From Vicugna vicugna (taxonomy: Eukaryota): a DNA stretch of 64,000 nucleotides. The stretch lies in NCBI GenBank assembly GCA_013265495.1, contig MU060767.1:6993546-7057545 (forward strand). Direction: 5' to 3'. A program made the position numbers and the translations under genes. Numbering within the stretch: the first letter of the stretch is position 1; every line of letters starts with the position of its first letter. The notes beneath the pieces are model-generated. The model did not search any database. It was not told where the DNA came from and worked only from the letters and a program-made list of their open reading frames with translations. Shown one piece after another: positions 36,018 to 47,164 of this stretch.

Positions 36018-36611
36018 GTAAGGGGCCTGCCGGGCCACTTGCAGGAAGGGCTGCTCAACCAGATGCCCTTCCTTGAAACACGTATATTTCTCAAGTTGGG
36101 GCTGGGGACCAGGAACTGTGCTATATACTGTGGATGCGATGTGAGACCCAGAAAGAGGCGGTGCCTGCTCATGTATTTCATGGTATGGTGGGGGAGCAGG
36201 CGGCTTAACAAGCAGTCAGAGCAGAGTCTGAGGAAGGTTGTGATGAGCAAGTTGCTGGGCATCGCAGAACTGTGTAGCAGAAGACATCCGGGGACATCAG
36301 CAGGGGTTGGGGTGAACATCACAGAAGAATTTGTAGAAGAGGAATTTAGGCAGGGACCTATTATATGAGCAGTGGTTTGCCGTACAAGAGGAAGATTCTA
36401 AATATGTCAGTCTGCCGTCTCTTTAAAGTGGGTTAGACCTATTTCTTTCTGCAAAGGAAGACAACTGCCTCTTCAAAGTTTACAAATGAGGGCATTCAGA
36501 GATTTGAGGTCCTGTCTGGGGGGTGGGGGGTGACGCAGAGCCCCTGCCCAGAGGTCTAGGGGAAGGTCAGCATTGACCTTACTGTACCTTTACAAGAATC
36601 GTATCATCACA

Positions 36612-36790
36612 GTACTATACATAAACTGCAAGGACCTACTGTATAGCACAGGGAACTATATTCAACTTCTAATAAAATATAATGGAAAAAAATCTGAAAA
36701 AAATATATGCATAACTGAATTGCTTTGCTGTACACCTGAAACTAACACTGTAAATCAACTACACTTCAATAAATAATACTTTTTTTTAAA
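36612..36790 (+). mobile_element. Short cetartiodactyl-type L1 3' UTR fragment in CDH11 intron 12
   Basis: caaggacctactgtatagcacagggaactatattcaa...gctgtacacctgaaactaacac...cttcaataaa. Confidence 0.82.
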
Positions 36791-37165
36791 GGCCACAAAA
36801 AAACAAAAAAAAACAAATTGCGTCACACGCATGGCTAGACCCTCTTCAGATCACCGTATTTAGAATCTTCCTAAGTCTTGGGAAGGCGATTTCCAAGTAC
36901 TGTCAGATTCATCTGTAAAAAGCTCAAAATAGTTCCAACTCGCCAGTTTGTTTGGATCTAGTATTTCCCTGGCAGCATTCTGCAGAGGAAGAGCCAGGTG
37001 GAGGGCAGTTTTGCACGTCTTTGGGGATTCCAGGTAAAGCTCTCATCTCCTAGACGGGTTCCAGCTCTGAGGCGTGTGTACAGCGTGCTTTACAGTCAGC
37101 AGACTTCCCCTGGGAAGAGAAGACGGGGCTTAACCTACCCTTCCTTTCTTTTTCTTTCCCTGCAG

Positions 37166-37662
37166 TCATCGTAGTGTTGTTTGTGACCCTACGAAGGCAA
37201 AAGAAAGAACCACTGATTGTCTTCGAGGAAGAAGACGTCCGGGAGAACATCATCACCTACGACGACGAGGGGGGCGGGGAGGAAGACACGGAAGCCTTCG
37301 ATATCGCCACCCTCCAGAATCCTGACGGTATCAACGGGTTTATCCCCCGCAAAGACATCAAGCCCGAGTACCAGTACATGCCTAGACCTGGGCTCCGGCC
37401 GGCACCCAACAGCGTGGACGTGGACGACTTCATCAACACGAGAATACAGGAGGCGGATAACGACCCGACCGCCCCCCCTTATGACTCCATCCAAATCTAC
37501 GGCTACGAAGGCAGGGGCTCGGTGGCCGGGTCCCTGAGCTCCTTAGAGTCGGCCACCACAGATTCAGACTTGGACTATGACTACCTACAGAACTGGGGAC
37601 CTCGGTTTAAGAAACTAGCAGACTTGTACGGTTCCAAAGACACTTTTGATGACGACTCTTAA
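37166..37662 (+). CDS. CDH11: Cadherin-11 terminal coding exon 13: end of TM helix and cytoplasmic domain with the p120-binding JMD (YDDEGGGEED) and beta-catenin-binding region, ending LYGSKDTFDDDS*
   Basis: Long pyrimidine tract ttcctttctttttctttccctgcag|TCATCG, TAA at 37660-37662. ORF 37174..37662 matches the cadherin-11 C-terminus. Confidence 0.98.
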
Positions 37663-37799
37663 CAATAACGGTACAAATTTGGCCTTAAGAACTGTGTCTG
37701 GCGTTCTGAAGAATCTAGAAGATTATGTAAACAGGTATTTTTTTAAATCAAGGAAAGGCTCATTTAGAACAAGCAAAGTTTTACAGAGAGGATACGTTT

Positions 37800-37805
37800 A
37801 ATAAA
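37800..37805 (+). promoter_or_regulatory. Candidate proximal poly(A) signal AATAAA
   Basis: Canonical hexamer 138 nt after the stop. Downstream GU/U-rich element is not obvious. Confidence 0.3.
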
Positions 37806-37976
37806 ACTGCAAGGACATCAAAGTGGGAAATACTGTGAAGTACCTTTTCTCACAAAAAGGCAAATATGGAAGTTGTTTATCAACTGGGCTAGAAAAAAAC
37901 CACTTGGCGTACAAAATATTTAAGAGAAAGAGAAGTCTCACGGTGAACTCACAATGAAGGGAAATTGTTTATTTGT

Positions 37977-38478
37977 NNNNNNNNNNNNNNNNNNNNNNNN
38001 NNNNNNNNNNNNNNNNNNNNNNNNNNNNNNNNNNNNNNNNNNNNNNNNNNNNNNNNNNNNNNNNNNNNNNNNNNNNNNNNNNNNNNNNNNNNNNNNNNNN
38101 NNNNNNNNNNNNNNNNNNNNNNNNNNNNNNNNNNNNNNNNNNNNNNNNNNNNNNNNNNNNNNNNNNNNNNNNNNNNNNNNNNNNNNNNNNNNNNNNNNNN
38201 NNNNNNNNNNNNNNNNNNNNNNNNNNNNNNNNNNNNNNNNNNNNNNNNNNNNNNNNNNNNNNNNNNNNNNNNNNNNNNNNNNNNNNNNNNNNNNNNNNNN
38301 NNNNNNNNNNNNNNNNNNNNNNNNNNNNNNNNNNNNNNNNNNNNNNNNNNNNNNNNNNNNNNNNNNNNNNNNNNNNNNNNNNNNNNNNNNNNNNNNNNNN
38401 NNNNNNNNNNNNNNNNNNNNNNNNNNNNNNNNNNNNNNNNNNNNNNNNNNNNNNNNNNNNNNNNNNNNNNNNNNNNNN
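37977..38478. other. Assembly gap (502 N) in the CDH11 3' UTR
   Basis: Run of N. Confidence 0.99.
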
Positions 38479-40035
38479 AAAAAAGATTCTTTTTTAATTC
38501 TGGGTTTGATTCTTAACATTGAGGGGAAAAAAGTATTTCTGATGACCCATTTATAATTCTAATTTAAGATATTTGTGATCTTTTAATAACCTTATTTATG
38601 ATCCGTTGTAGTCTGGTGCTTTTATTGTTTATTTAAAATCAAATATGTTTTTTTTTCCAGACAAGATTCTGTAACATTAATGTAAAGCTCTTTTGTATAT
38701 TTTCGGTGTTAGCATCCTGGCTTCTCTTCACACACATCTTCTCAAAAAGAAGGATGCTAAAGATCTAGGTCAGTCTATGATGTTGCGATACTTGTTATAT
38801 GATATGCATTTATCTTGTCTATCAGTAATTTGATGGTTATGAGAAGCGAATCCATGACGGAATGAAACTGTCAGAACTCTGAAGTTCAAGATGTAGATTT
38901 GTATGCCCCATACCGAGCATTTGGGTGTTAGGGAGGGGTGAAGAGTCAAAAATACACACTTACCACATGCAGTTATCAGGCCCCCAAGGTTACTCTGTTT
39001 CCTTACTTTGATCTTGCCAGGCTATCGTAATGACTCTGATGGCTGAAACTGCTTATTTTTCCTCTTGTAGTTTTAATGCCTCTTAAAACAACATGGCATT
39101 TTAAAGTTTGATCAAAGGAAGAGCCGTTCCTTTCCAAACCTTTGTGTTAAAATACGCTTTGGGCCATAGGCTCAGCATGAGGGCAGGGGCAATGGTGGAT
39201 TTGGAAGGTCAATGCCATTTGATCTGTAAGGATGCCTGCCGGCTCCTGCAGTCCCGTCTCACTGCCTGGGGACTGGGACTTCTGTGAAGGATGCTTCACT
39301 TGCTCAGTAGGGCCAAAGGTCAAAACATAGCAATACTTGGGGAAAGAGCTCCCAGGTCACGCCTCGCTGTAAGTGCTTTCCCTCTTTCCCCTAGACACAG
39401 GGCACACGCTTTCTTTTGGATTGCAGACAATTTTTAGATTTTCTTTTTCTTAATTTTATTGTGGGAGTTTGTTTCAAGCATTTCTTCGTATCCTGCTACA
39501 TACTATTTTTATGACTCAGTCAAAATGCACACAAAGAGAAATGTTTTGATAAAGTGCTCACTTCCATATTCCTTCACATTCATATCAAATCGTCTGAACA
39601 CTTCAATGGAATCAATTCTGTGGACAATGTCACTTTGGAAGCTTTCATTGCCATGAAGAATTGCACACTCTCAATACTTCCATAATTGCAGGTTTTGTTC
39701 ATTTTTTTATATAGTTTTTGTAATCCAAAGAATATTTTGCTAGATTTGCACAGATCTCCAATTGAATTTGAAGTGAAGAAGTAACTCAAAAGGAGTATGA
39801 ATAGCACTTAAACAAGTATACAGCTGTAAGTTACCCTGTCACTGTGGATGATCCTTCTTTCCTAGGAATGTATTTGGATTAGATTTGACAACTACATTTT
39901 CACATTTTTATGTTTAAATTTTTTAAAAAGGCTGTCTACTTTTCAATAGTTAAAAAATACTTGCTTTTTTTCTTTTTATCTTCTCTTTTTTACTTTAAGC
40001 CTCTATTGTTTGTAGAACGCTCTCAGAAGCTTGGA

Positions 40036-40041
40036 AATAAA
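40036..40041 (+). promoter_or_regulatory. Candidate distal poly(A) signal AATAAA
   Basis: U-rich tract (39961-39995) and TGTA (40011-40014) upstream; tgtctttc and a T-rich tract (about 40066-40076) downstream. Confidence 0.5.
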
Positions 40042-40959
40042 ATGTCTTTCCCGACTAGTGGAGTCCTTTTTCATTTAGAACATGTTGCCTTAAAAGCAAT
40101 CTTAGTTTCAGTGGTCCTTCCTTATTTCCATATAAGATAATCACGGCTTTGTGACATCAGTTCAGCTAAAGAAAGGACACTGCTTTGTTCTTCTTGTCCT
40201 TTAGTAGTAGGTATTGTTTCATTCTTTCATTCATTCAACAAAGTCTTATTTTGTAGACCCTGTTTCTCAATGATACAGAATGAACTTGTTACCTTCCTTG
40301 CATCTTTCAGTCTTTCCAGCCCTGTTCCAAAATATCTGTCCTGTTGCCCTGTAATCACCTATTTACCTCTAATGTCCACCCATCTCCCGAGACAATGCAA
40401 CAGGATGTTTCCTCTCCTTCAGGGTTGAGAGAACAAAATAAAAGACAGAACAGGAGATGGTGCAGTGCTGACTGTCAATGGCAGATAGGCCAACCATGGC
40501 TGTTTTGGACAGACCTTGTGTTTAGCTAGGTTGTATCTCAGAGACCAGTGTTTCTGGGGATGATGGAGAAAATGCGAGAGCAGATTATCTACATCGCTTG
40601 GAGAATTTATGGAAAAATACACCTTGAAGTTGCCCAGAGTATATAGCTCTCTAGGTCAAGTGGGACCTGGTCAGAATTTAAAATTGCTCCTGGGTAACTG
40701 TGCAACGTCCTTCACCTCTTTTTGAGAGCCTCTGTAGAACAACGGGGGTGAGTTGGGATCTCTGAGCAGAAGGCTGGCTGAATCTGGTAGGGGGTCCAGA
40801 GGACAGATTAGGAGCATATAAACCTGGAGGTGTGCCAGGATTTTTATGATAGTCAAAATGCGATACAGAAGTATCCTAAAATAATTCAGTCTACTGGTGA
40901 TGGAAGAAGGCCTCCCTGGTTCCTCACAGGCTGGTCTAGTCCACCAACATCATCTCTGA

Positions 40960-41462
40960 CCAGGAGGACTGAAACAGCCTCTTAACCATTCTCTGCCTCC
41001 TAGTCTCTTTTCCACAAAGAAGCCAGAGGGATATTAACACCCAACTCAGACAACATGACTCCGTAACTTAAACCTCTTCACTGACTTCCCACAGTCTTAG
41101 AATAAATTTCAGTTCCCCTACTTTATGCAAAGTGACCAGGGCCCTGCAAACCTCTTCAACTTCATCTTACTCCATTCTCCCATCAGTGCATTGTGATCCA
41201 ACCGCGCTGACCGCCTATTAGCTCCTCATGCAAACAAAATGCGCCCCCTTTTCCATCTGAAGTAGCTCACCCTTTGTTGGTTTTCTTTGGATCAATTACA
41301 ACTCTAGAAACCAAGTTTTGCTTGTTGGCTTTTCCTGTGTCTGTGGGCCTGACCGCCCCACCAGAATGCAAGCCCCAAGGGGACAGGGATCTCATCTTCT
41401 TGTTGTATGCCCAGTTCTTTGCATTTTGCCTAAAACATATCTATCGATACTTGAATGAATGA
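40960..41462 (+). mobile_element. L2 3' fragment
   Basis: cagcctcttaacc...aaacctcttcactgacttcccacagtcttagaataaa...gaatgcaagccccaaggggacagggatc...ttgaatgaatga. Confidence 0.65.
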
Positions 41463-41474
41463 TCGGGCACCAAT

Positions 41475-41800
41475 ATGGCAGACGGATCAGGATTTGGTGA
41501 CTGACTGGAGAATGCCAGTGTGAAATTAAGCTTCCTTACCTGAGAAATGGAGTGGACTGTGTGATCTTGGTATCTGGGATTGTGAATTCAAAAGGGAGAA
41601 GTGGTCTTGGGGGAGGGGGTGGGGGGTGGGCAGTGATGTTGAATTAAGTTTGGGTTGGACTTGTAAAATTGGAGGTGCTTGTGTGACCTGACAGCTAGGT
41701 GGAACTAGGTAATCAGAAATATGGATTTGCCACTTGCTCACTACAGAAGTAGGGCTGGGTATATGGGGTAAGAGTCATCAGACGGTGGTTGAAGTTTCAG
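41475..41800 (-). mobile_element. L2 internal fragment
   Basis: caggatttggtgactgactgg...agtttgggttggacttgtaaaattggaggtgc...gggctgggtatatggggtaagagtcatcag. Confidence 0.55.
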
Positions 41801-42959
41801 GAGTGACTGTACTTCTAACTGGGTTTCACTGCTCTCTCCCAACTGTAAAGAAGTATTTCATTGGTGATGTGAGTCCCTCTGGTGTTAAAGAGTAATGCTG
41901 ACTTTAGTTTTACTAATAAGGATAATTAGTAAGCATAAACCTTATCCTTGTATGTCAAATGCTTTGAAAAAAATAAGAAGGGAATATTAATTAATACACC
42001 AATTTTTTTCTTTCAATTAATGAGGCTTTATTTTGAGCCCACACTGTGTGGGAGAATATGTACTAGATACATGACACTGATCTCATTCCTATGAGAAGAC
42101 AAAGCATGTGCTACAATCCCCATGTTACTAGACCAGACAGGCTAGGTGTCTCCAACACACACACAGGAAGTGACTGTCAAAGCCGGATGGAAACAGATCT
42201 GGTTTCTCCCACCTTGGTAAAGGGCTTTATCTTTCAAACTTAGATTATAAAGCTATCAGCAAGGACTGTTCCTCATAATCAGTGACTTAGCTCAGGCTTG
42301 GCAGCAAGAACTTGGGATGGACGGCCTCCAGCCCCTATGGGTTCAGTGAAGCTGCCATTCACCACAGAGTGGGACAGTGCACTCCAGACACACCTCTGCA
42401 CACCCAGCCTGCCTTCCATGTCCAATGTGATACATGAGGCAGGCTGTGGATTCTTTCTGCTAAGGCTTACAGTCTTTCTGCAACATGACTGTGGAAAACC
42501 AAATACAAAAGAAACTGATTAGGCATTTCATAGTTGTCTGTGTTATGTTTCACAGAGAAGTTTGGTATTTCGTCCTCTTCGTGGGACCTAAATTGTGGGG
42601 GGATGCGGGGAGAAAAGGTCAATGACGAGAGCCTATGTCAGGTCCCAGTAGACTGGGAGTGGGAGTTGAATTCTCACTTTGCAAACTAATTCACCTACTC
42701 ATTTTATGATCAGAGGCTACCGTCTTCTTAAAAGGACCTTCCTCATTCCAGATGTTTTAATACATTTTGACACATGATGTTTCAGTTCTTTGCCACGTTA
42801 ATCAACTGATGGCCAGCACGTGGTCATCTCTCATAGGCTAACAGAGGCAACTCTAGTCTAAGGCTCAAACCTCACAAACCTCAAATCTTCAGCTCAAGAC
42901 TGAAAGCAATATACTCCCCCTTGTTGGATGTAGCATTCAATTCATCCCTGTGTGTAAAG

Positions 42960-43110
42960 CCTGGCTCCGACACTTACTAGCTACTAGCTGTGTGACTTTG
43001 GCCAGGTACCTTGACCTCTCTGACTTCATTTCCCACAAACGTGCAATGCAAATAACATCGCCAGCGTTGGTAACGAATAAATGAGCTCATGTTTCTAGAG
43101 CCACTAAAAG
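42960..43110 (+). mobile_element. MIR
   Basis: cctggctccgacacttactagc...tgtgtgactttggccaggtaccttgacctctctgacttcatttccc. Confidence 0.65.
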
Positions 43111-44639
43111 TTCCTAGAACAGGAGAAACTCTTAAAATAAGGTAGCAATTATACTGTTACTGTCAGTATTCTCCCAGTGCCAGGTGGCAGAACAGTGTAA
43201 GGGAAGCATTGACCACCTCATGATTCTCTTTTCCTCTTCAAAATCAGTTCACTCTCTCATCTCTCTCTCCTGAGCCAACAACAGAACATAGCCTGGTGCA
43301 CCACAGTTTGGGATAGGCAAAGAGATGACCAACAATTTCCTGCCACCAAGAAAAAAAATTTTATTTAAATAACACTAATCATCTGATCAACGAATTCACC
43401 TGTTTGACTACAATATGTAGCAAGATATTGGCAAAGCGTTGGGTAAAACAGCTTCTAAATGTTCCATTAGAAGACAATAAATAAATTCATATGATTATGA
43501 ACTACATTTAACTGGGTAGAAACTATGTGTCAAGTGATACGGGGAATCTGGATGAGCTTGTCAAGAATTGCACACACTCTGGCATTTTTAATATAAGGAA
43601 TTTCATATTTGATATATCTTTGCTCATTTGTTCAAACAATGGTACTCCTTTTTAACACATAATTCTCTTGGAAATATTTAGATTTGAAGACATATAATTT
43701 CATGAGAATACTTTTTTTAAAATAACAATCCCAATGAGTTTAATTTAACCACCATTTTTACTTCATTTAGCACTCGGGAAGTTGGAAATTATTTTATGCT
43801 ATGGTAATTTTCTCCTTTTTTTTCAAACACTAACTGGGATATGAATGAAGCAGTAGTGCTTGGAAATATAATTTTCAAATTACTTTCTCTTACGAATTAG
43901 TAAAGAGGTGGTCAGTTTGACAATGGTGACCTAGCAAACTAGACCAGTGAGGCACCCACTTTTTCTTATTTTATCTCTTTGGATGCCCAGCACAAAATAG
44001 GTGCTGAGTAAATATGTGGGGCAGGAATATAGGGATGGATAGATAAAGGAAAATAAATCCTTCATTTTACGGTCTAGGCTATCATAGCTTTCTACACTAC
44101 TGGAAATGTACATGTGAGAATTCACCCAAGTATCTTCCCTCACTCCCCACCCCCAGGTTTTGATAGGACCATTATAATGATTTGGAATTAGATTTGACAT
44201 GACTGGATATTCACCCAACACACACTCCGATCAGACTGGGCCCTGATGCACTGAGCGGATCACTGAAGTACCATCTTACAATCTAGGTGACTTGCCCTGG
44301 GAAGTCCACTTAATGTCTGTAGGTCTCATTTTTTTTTATGCAGTGAGGGCATGTAATCTCTGCCTGGCAAGCCTCCTAGAACTCTAGGGAAGACTGACCT
44401 AGAATAAGAAACTAACTAAATGTGTAACTTGCTGCACAAATGATTTTATTGTTGTTTTTGCTGTTCTTTGGGCTGTTTCCGACCATAAACCAGATTTTCT
44501 AGCACCTACAGAAGATAATCTCAGATCCAAAAGTGAAGTCAAGGGAGCTTTGGCTTCTCTTTTGAAGACTTTGATCCAGTAGCCCCAGGGCAGGCTTTAA
44601 ACTGCTTCTGAGAGACGAATACTGCATTTTGTTGTGTAA

Positions 44640-44961
44640 GGATTGTGGCCCCAGGGGCTCTCCCAGACCAGCTCTCCACNNNNNNNNNNNNNNNNNNNNN
44701 NNNNNNNNNNNNNNNNNNNNNNNNNNNNNNNNNNNNNNNNNNNNNNNNNNNNNNNNNNNNNNNNNNNNNNNNNNNNNNNNNNNNNNNNNNNNNNNNNNNN
44801 NNNNNNNNNNNNNTAAAAACTATGTAAATAGTGGCTGGCCTGCAGCAAATTCAAGGTTTACTTTTTGAAGCTTTCTGGAATTTAAAAAAAAAAAGTTTTT
44901 TTCCCATCCACGTTTAGTTGAATCAGCAGAAGCAGAGCACACCAATGCAGAAGGTCAACTG
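44640..44961 (+). mobile_element. MER2/Tigger-derived element, same family as the 18.9-kb copy, partly in the gap
   Basis: 44814-44961 (tatgtaaatagtggctgg...gcaaattcaaggtttactttttg...gttgaatc...aaggtcaactg) aligns by eye with the reverse complement of about 18881-19025. The 5' boundary is uncertain. Confidence 0.65.
44680..44813. other. Assembly gap (134 N) in or next to a MER2-like element
   Basis: Run of N. Confidence 0.99.
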
Positions 44962-45284
44962 TGATGATTTTTAGGGGTATCCTGGGAGTCTGGGCAACAT
45001 CAATGATGTCCAACCAGCCCATTTATGGATAAGAGAACTGGAGCCCTAGAGGATAAGTCATCTTGCTTCAAGAATCAGAGGACCAAGAAGAGGATCTGGA
45101 AAGAAAACATGGATCTCATGCTTATGACCTTACTGTCAGTTCTAAGAAAACTGAACTCCAGAGTTACCAGGAGTTAGTTACCATTGAGTTAGTTTTTTCT
45201 TTTTTCTTTTCTTTTTTTTTTTTCCTGTCGTGTGTCTTTTCCTATCTAGATACAGACTTTCTCCTTACATCCACCACTGCTCTG

Positions 45285-45562
45285 GTTACATGTCACCTTC
45301 TCAGGCCCCCATGGATCCATCACCTTATATAAAATGACATCCCTTCTCTCTGAGTCCCTTATCTCATTTCTTTCCCTGCAATTAGCACTACCTGACATTC
45401 TGATACCTACGTATTTGTTTTTTGTCTGTGTCCCTGCCCCAATGTAATGAAAATTCCATGAAAACAGTGGCTTTGTGTTGTTCTTTCCTGCACACACAGA
45501 CTCTAGAAGAACAGTCCCTGGCATATACGGGGGCTCAAGAAATCACTGTTGAATGAGTGAAT
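45285..45562 (+). mobile_element. L2a 3'-end fragment
   Basis: atgtcaccttctcagg...aatgtaatgaaaattccatgaaaacag...ccctggcatatacgggggctcaagaaatcactgttgaatgagtgaa. Confidence 0.7.
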
Positions 45563-46974
45563 AACAAGAAGCATTATTAACCCTAGGTTCTTAATTTATA
45601 GATTGAGTGAGACTTCCTTCAACCTCTTCTTTTAGTCCTAATTATTAACAGCACTGAGGTTGTCACCCAGATGAGGATCAGAGAGGATGCAGTGTAACTG
45701 CACTCATTCCTTGAATACAGACGTTTCAGATACTCAGAGCAGTGATCGATCAGCATTTTGTAAGCTCCTTATTGGGGTTTTCCCTCTAGCTTTCCCAAAA
45801 TCCAAAAATCTAGAGCACCAGAAAGCTAGGCATCCCCAGTGCTAAAAGAAGAGACTCCAGGTGAAATGAATGCAGCCCTGTGTGAATGTACAAAGGGCTC
45901 TTCTGGCCATTTTTGCTCAGGTCCCCAGTGTTTAAGTGAGAGGAAGCTTCAAAATCCCATTCTAATGACCCGCAAGGATGTAGAGAGCTTTGCCAGGAAG
46001 TGTCTTTAGTTAATGAGATAGATTTTTGTTTAAACTAAGATGCATTATTAAGTCCGGACTAGTTGGTAGGATTAAACTGGCTGCTAGTCACGCTGTGAAA
46101 TGCTGAACACCTGCTCTTACTTCTCATGATTCCCGCACGTGATTCCCACCCTCAAAAATCAAATGGACAATTTATTGGCAGCCTACACTGTTCTAGAGAT
46201 TAGACCCATTCACCATTCATAGTCCTTCCCTTTCAATTGTTCAGCATTATCCTAAAACTCCAAATGGAATAGAATACATTCTAGATAATACTCAGTATGT
46301 GGGAATTTTTTTTTTAATTTCCAGCCAGATCATTGAAGTCCTGAAGATCCAAACATCCCATAGCCATATTTTTTGTTTATTTATTAGAAGCGAGTAGGGA
46401 CAGGCTACTTCTTATGGGTACACTAGTTCTCCCAGAGACAGTCCTAGGTTTTGTCTGTGGTTATAGAGTAATTTTTTGAGTGCCCCTTTCATTCTCCAAA
46501 ATGACCCATTATAGATAATCAGTTATGTGGTCATCCTACCAATAATTCATCCTACAATGTATTGACAGTGTTAATAGGTTTTCAGTGGCCCACAGAGACT
46601 TTTCCTACAACTGCAGAAAGGTGATCAGCCTACTGTAGGGCAGGAAAGAAAAGGAAAGGGATGTGAGCCTCAGTCTCATTAATCTCAGAGAAATACTCCA
46701 ACATACCAACTTCTCCCCTCTTTGCAGGCTTCCATGTTAAGACTGATTCTTAAAATGTAACCTTAGCCCTCTTCCCCAGGATAGAGAAACTGAAAATTAA
46801 AAAAGAGAATATTGGGTTCATGTTTATATAGTTTGATGTCCCATATATTTCACTTAATGTAAGAGCAGTATTCAATATCAAAAAAGGGTTTTTTTAAACT
46901 CTTATTTCAATTACTTTTCAATTACTTCACAATACTATACTGTGTGGATGAACCATCATGACTTGTTCACTAAA

Positions 46975-47130
46975 ATAGCAAATATTTATTAAACACCTTA
47001 TTATAAGCTGGACACTCAGCAGGGCCCAGGGAAAACAAAGGTAGCAAAACAGATCAAGTGCCTGCCTTCTTGAGGATTAAGTTCCACTGGGGATGTTCAG
47101 ATGGTAATTAAGTATTGACACGGGCATATA
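46975..47130 (-). mobile_element. L2 3'-end fragment
   Basis: caaatatttattaaacacctta...cagatcaagtgcctgccttcttgagg. Confidence 0.55.
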
Positions 47131-47164
47131 ACTTGACAGGACAAATGGCCTGATTCCTCCAGCT

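Larger units (their letters stand above)
37663..40070 (+). other. CDH11: Probable CDH11 3' UTR, long form, interrupted by a gap
   Basis: AT-rich sequence after the stop with no interspersed repeat I could recognise. AATAAA at 37800-37805 and 40036-40041. The true end is inferred, not observed. Confidence 0.55.

Noticed and set aside
36059-36075. cag|ATGCCCTTCCTTG can read C-P-S-L, echoing the start of the human variant tail as I recall it (GCPSL...)
   Set aside because: It is only 45 nt from the exon 12 donor, too short for a normal intron. The frame is one nucleotide off and the following residues do not resemble the human variant, so it is probably chance.
35585-36322. 245-aa minus-strand ORF, the longest N-free ORF in the window, antisense to exon 12
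   Set aside because: Its core is the antisense shadow of a high-GC3 coding exon, which is naturally poor in stops. The flanks are GC-rich intron, and there is no recognisable domain or splice context.
37189-37537. Several 60-106 aa alternative-frame and antisense ORFs over exon 13
   Set aside because: Same GC3 and CpG shadow effect; no independent evidence.
37938-38556. Long ORFs of 174-200 aa here, and similar ones at 2636-3063, 11819-12260, 44597-44868 and 61657-62049
   Set aside because: Artefacts of translating through N runs.
39512-39518. AP-1 heptamer TGACTCA, and others near 12.86, 48.65 and 56.65 kb
   Set aside because: A 7-mer occurs this often by chance in 64 kb, and there is no clustering.
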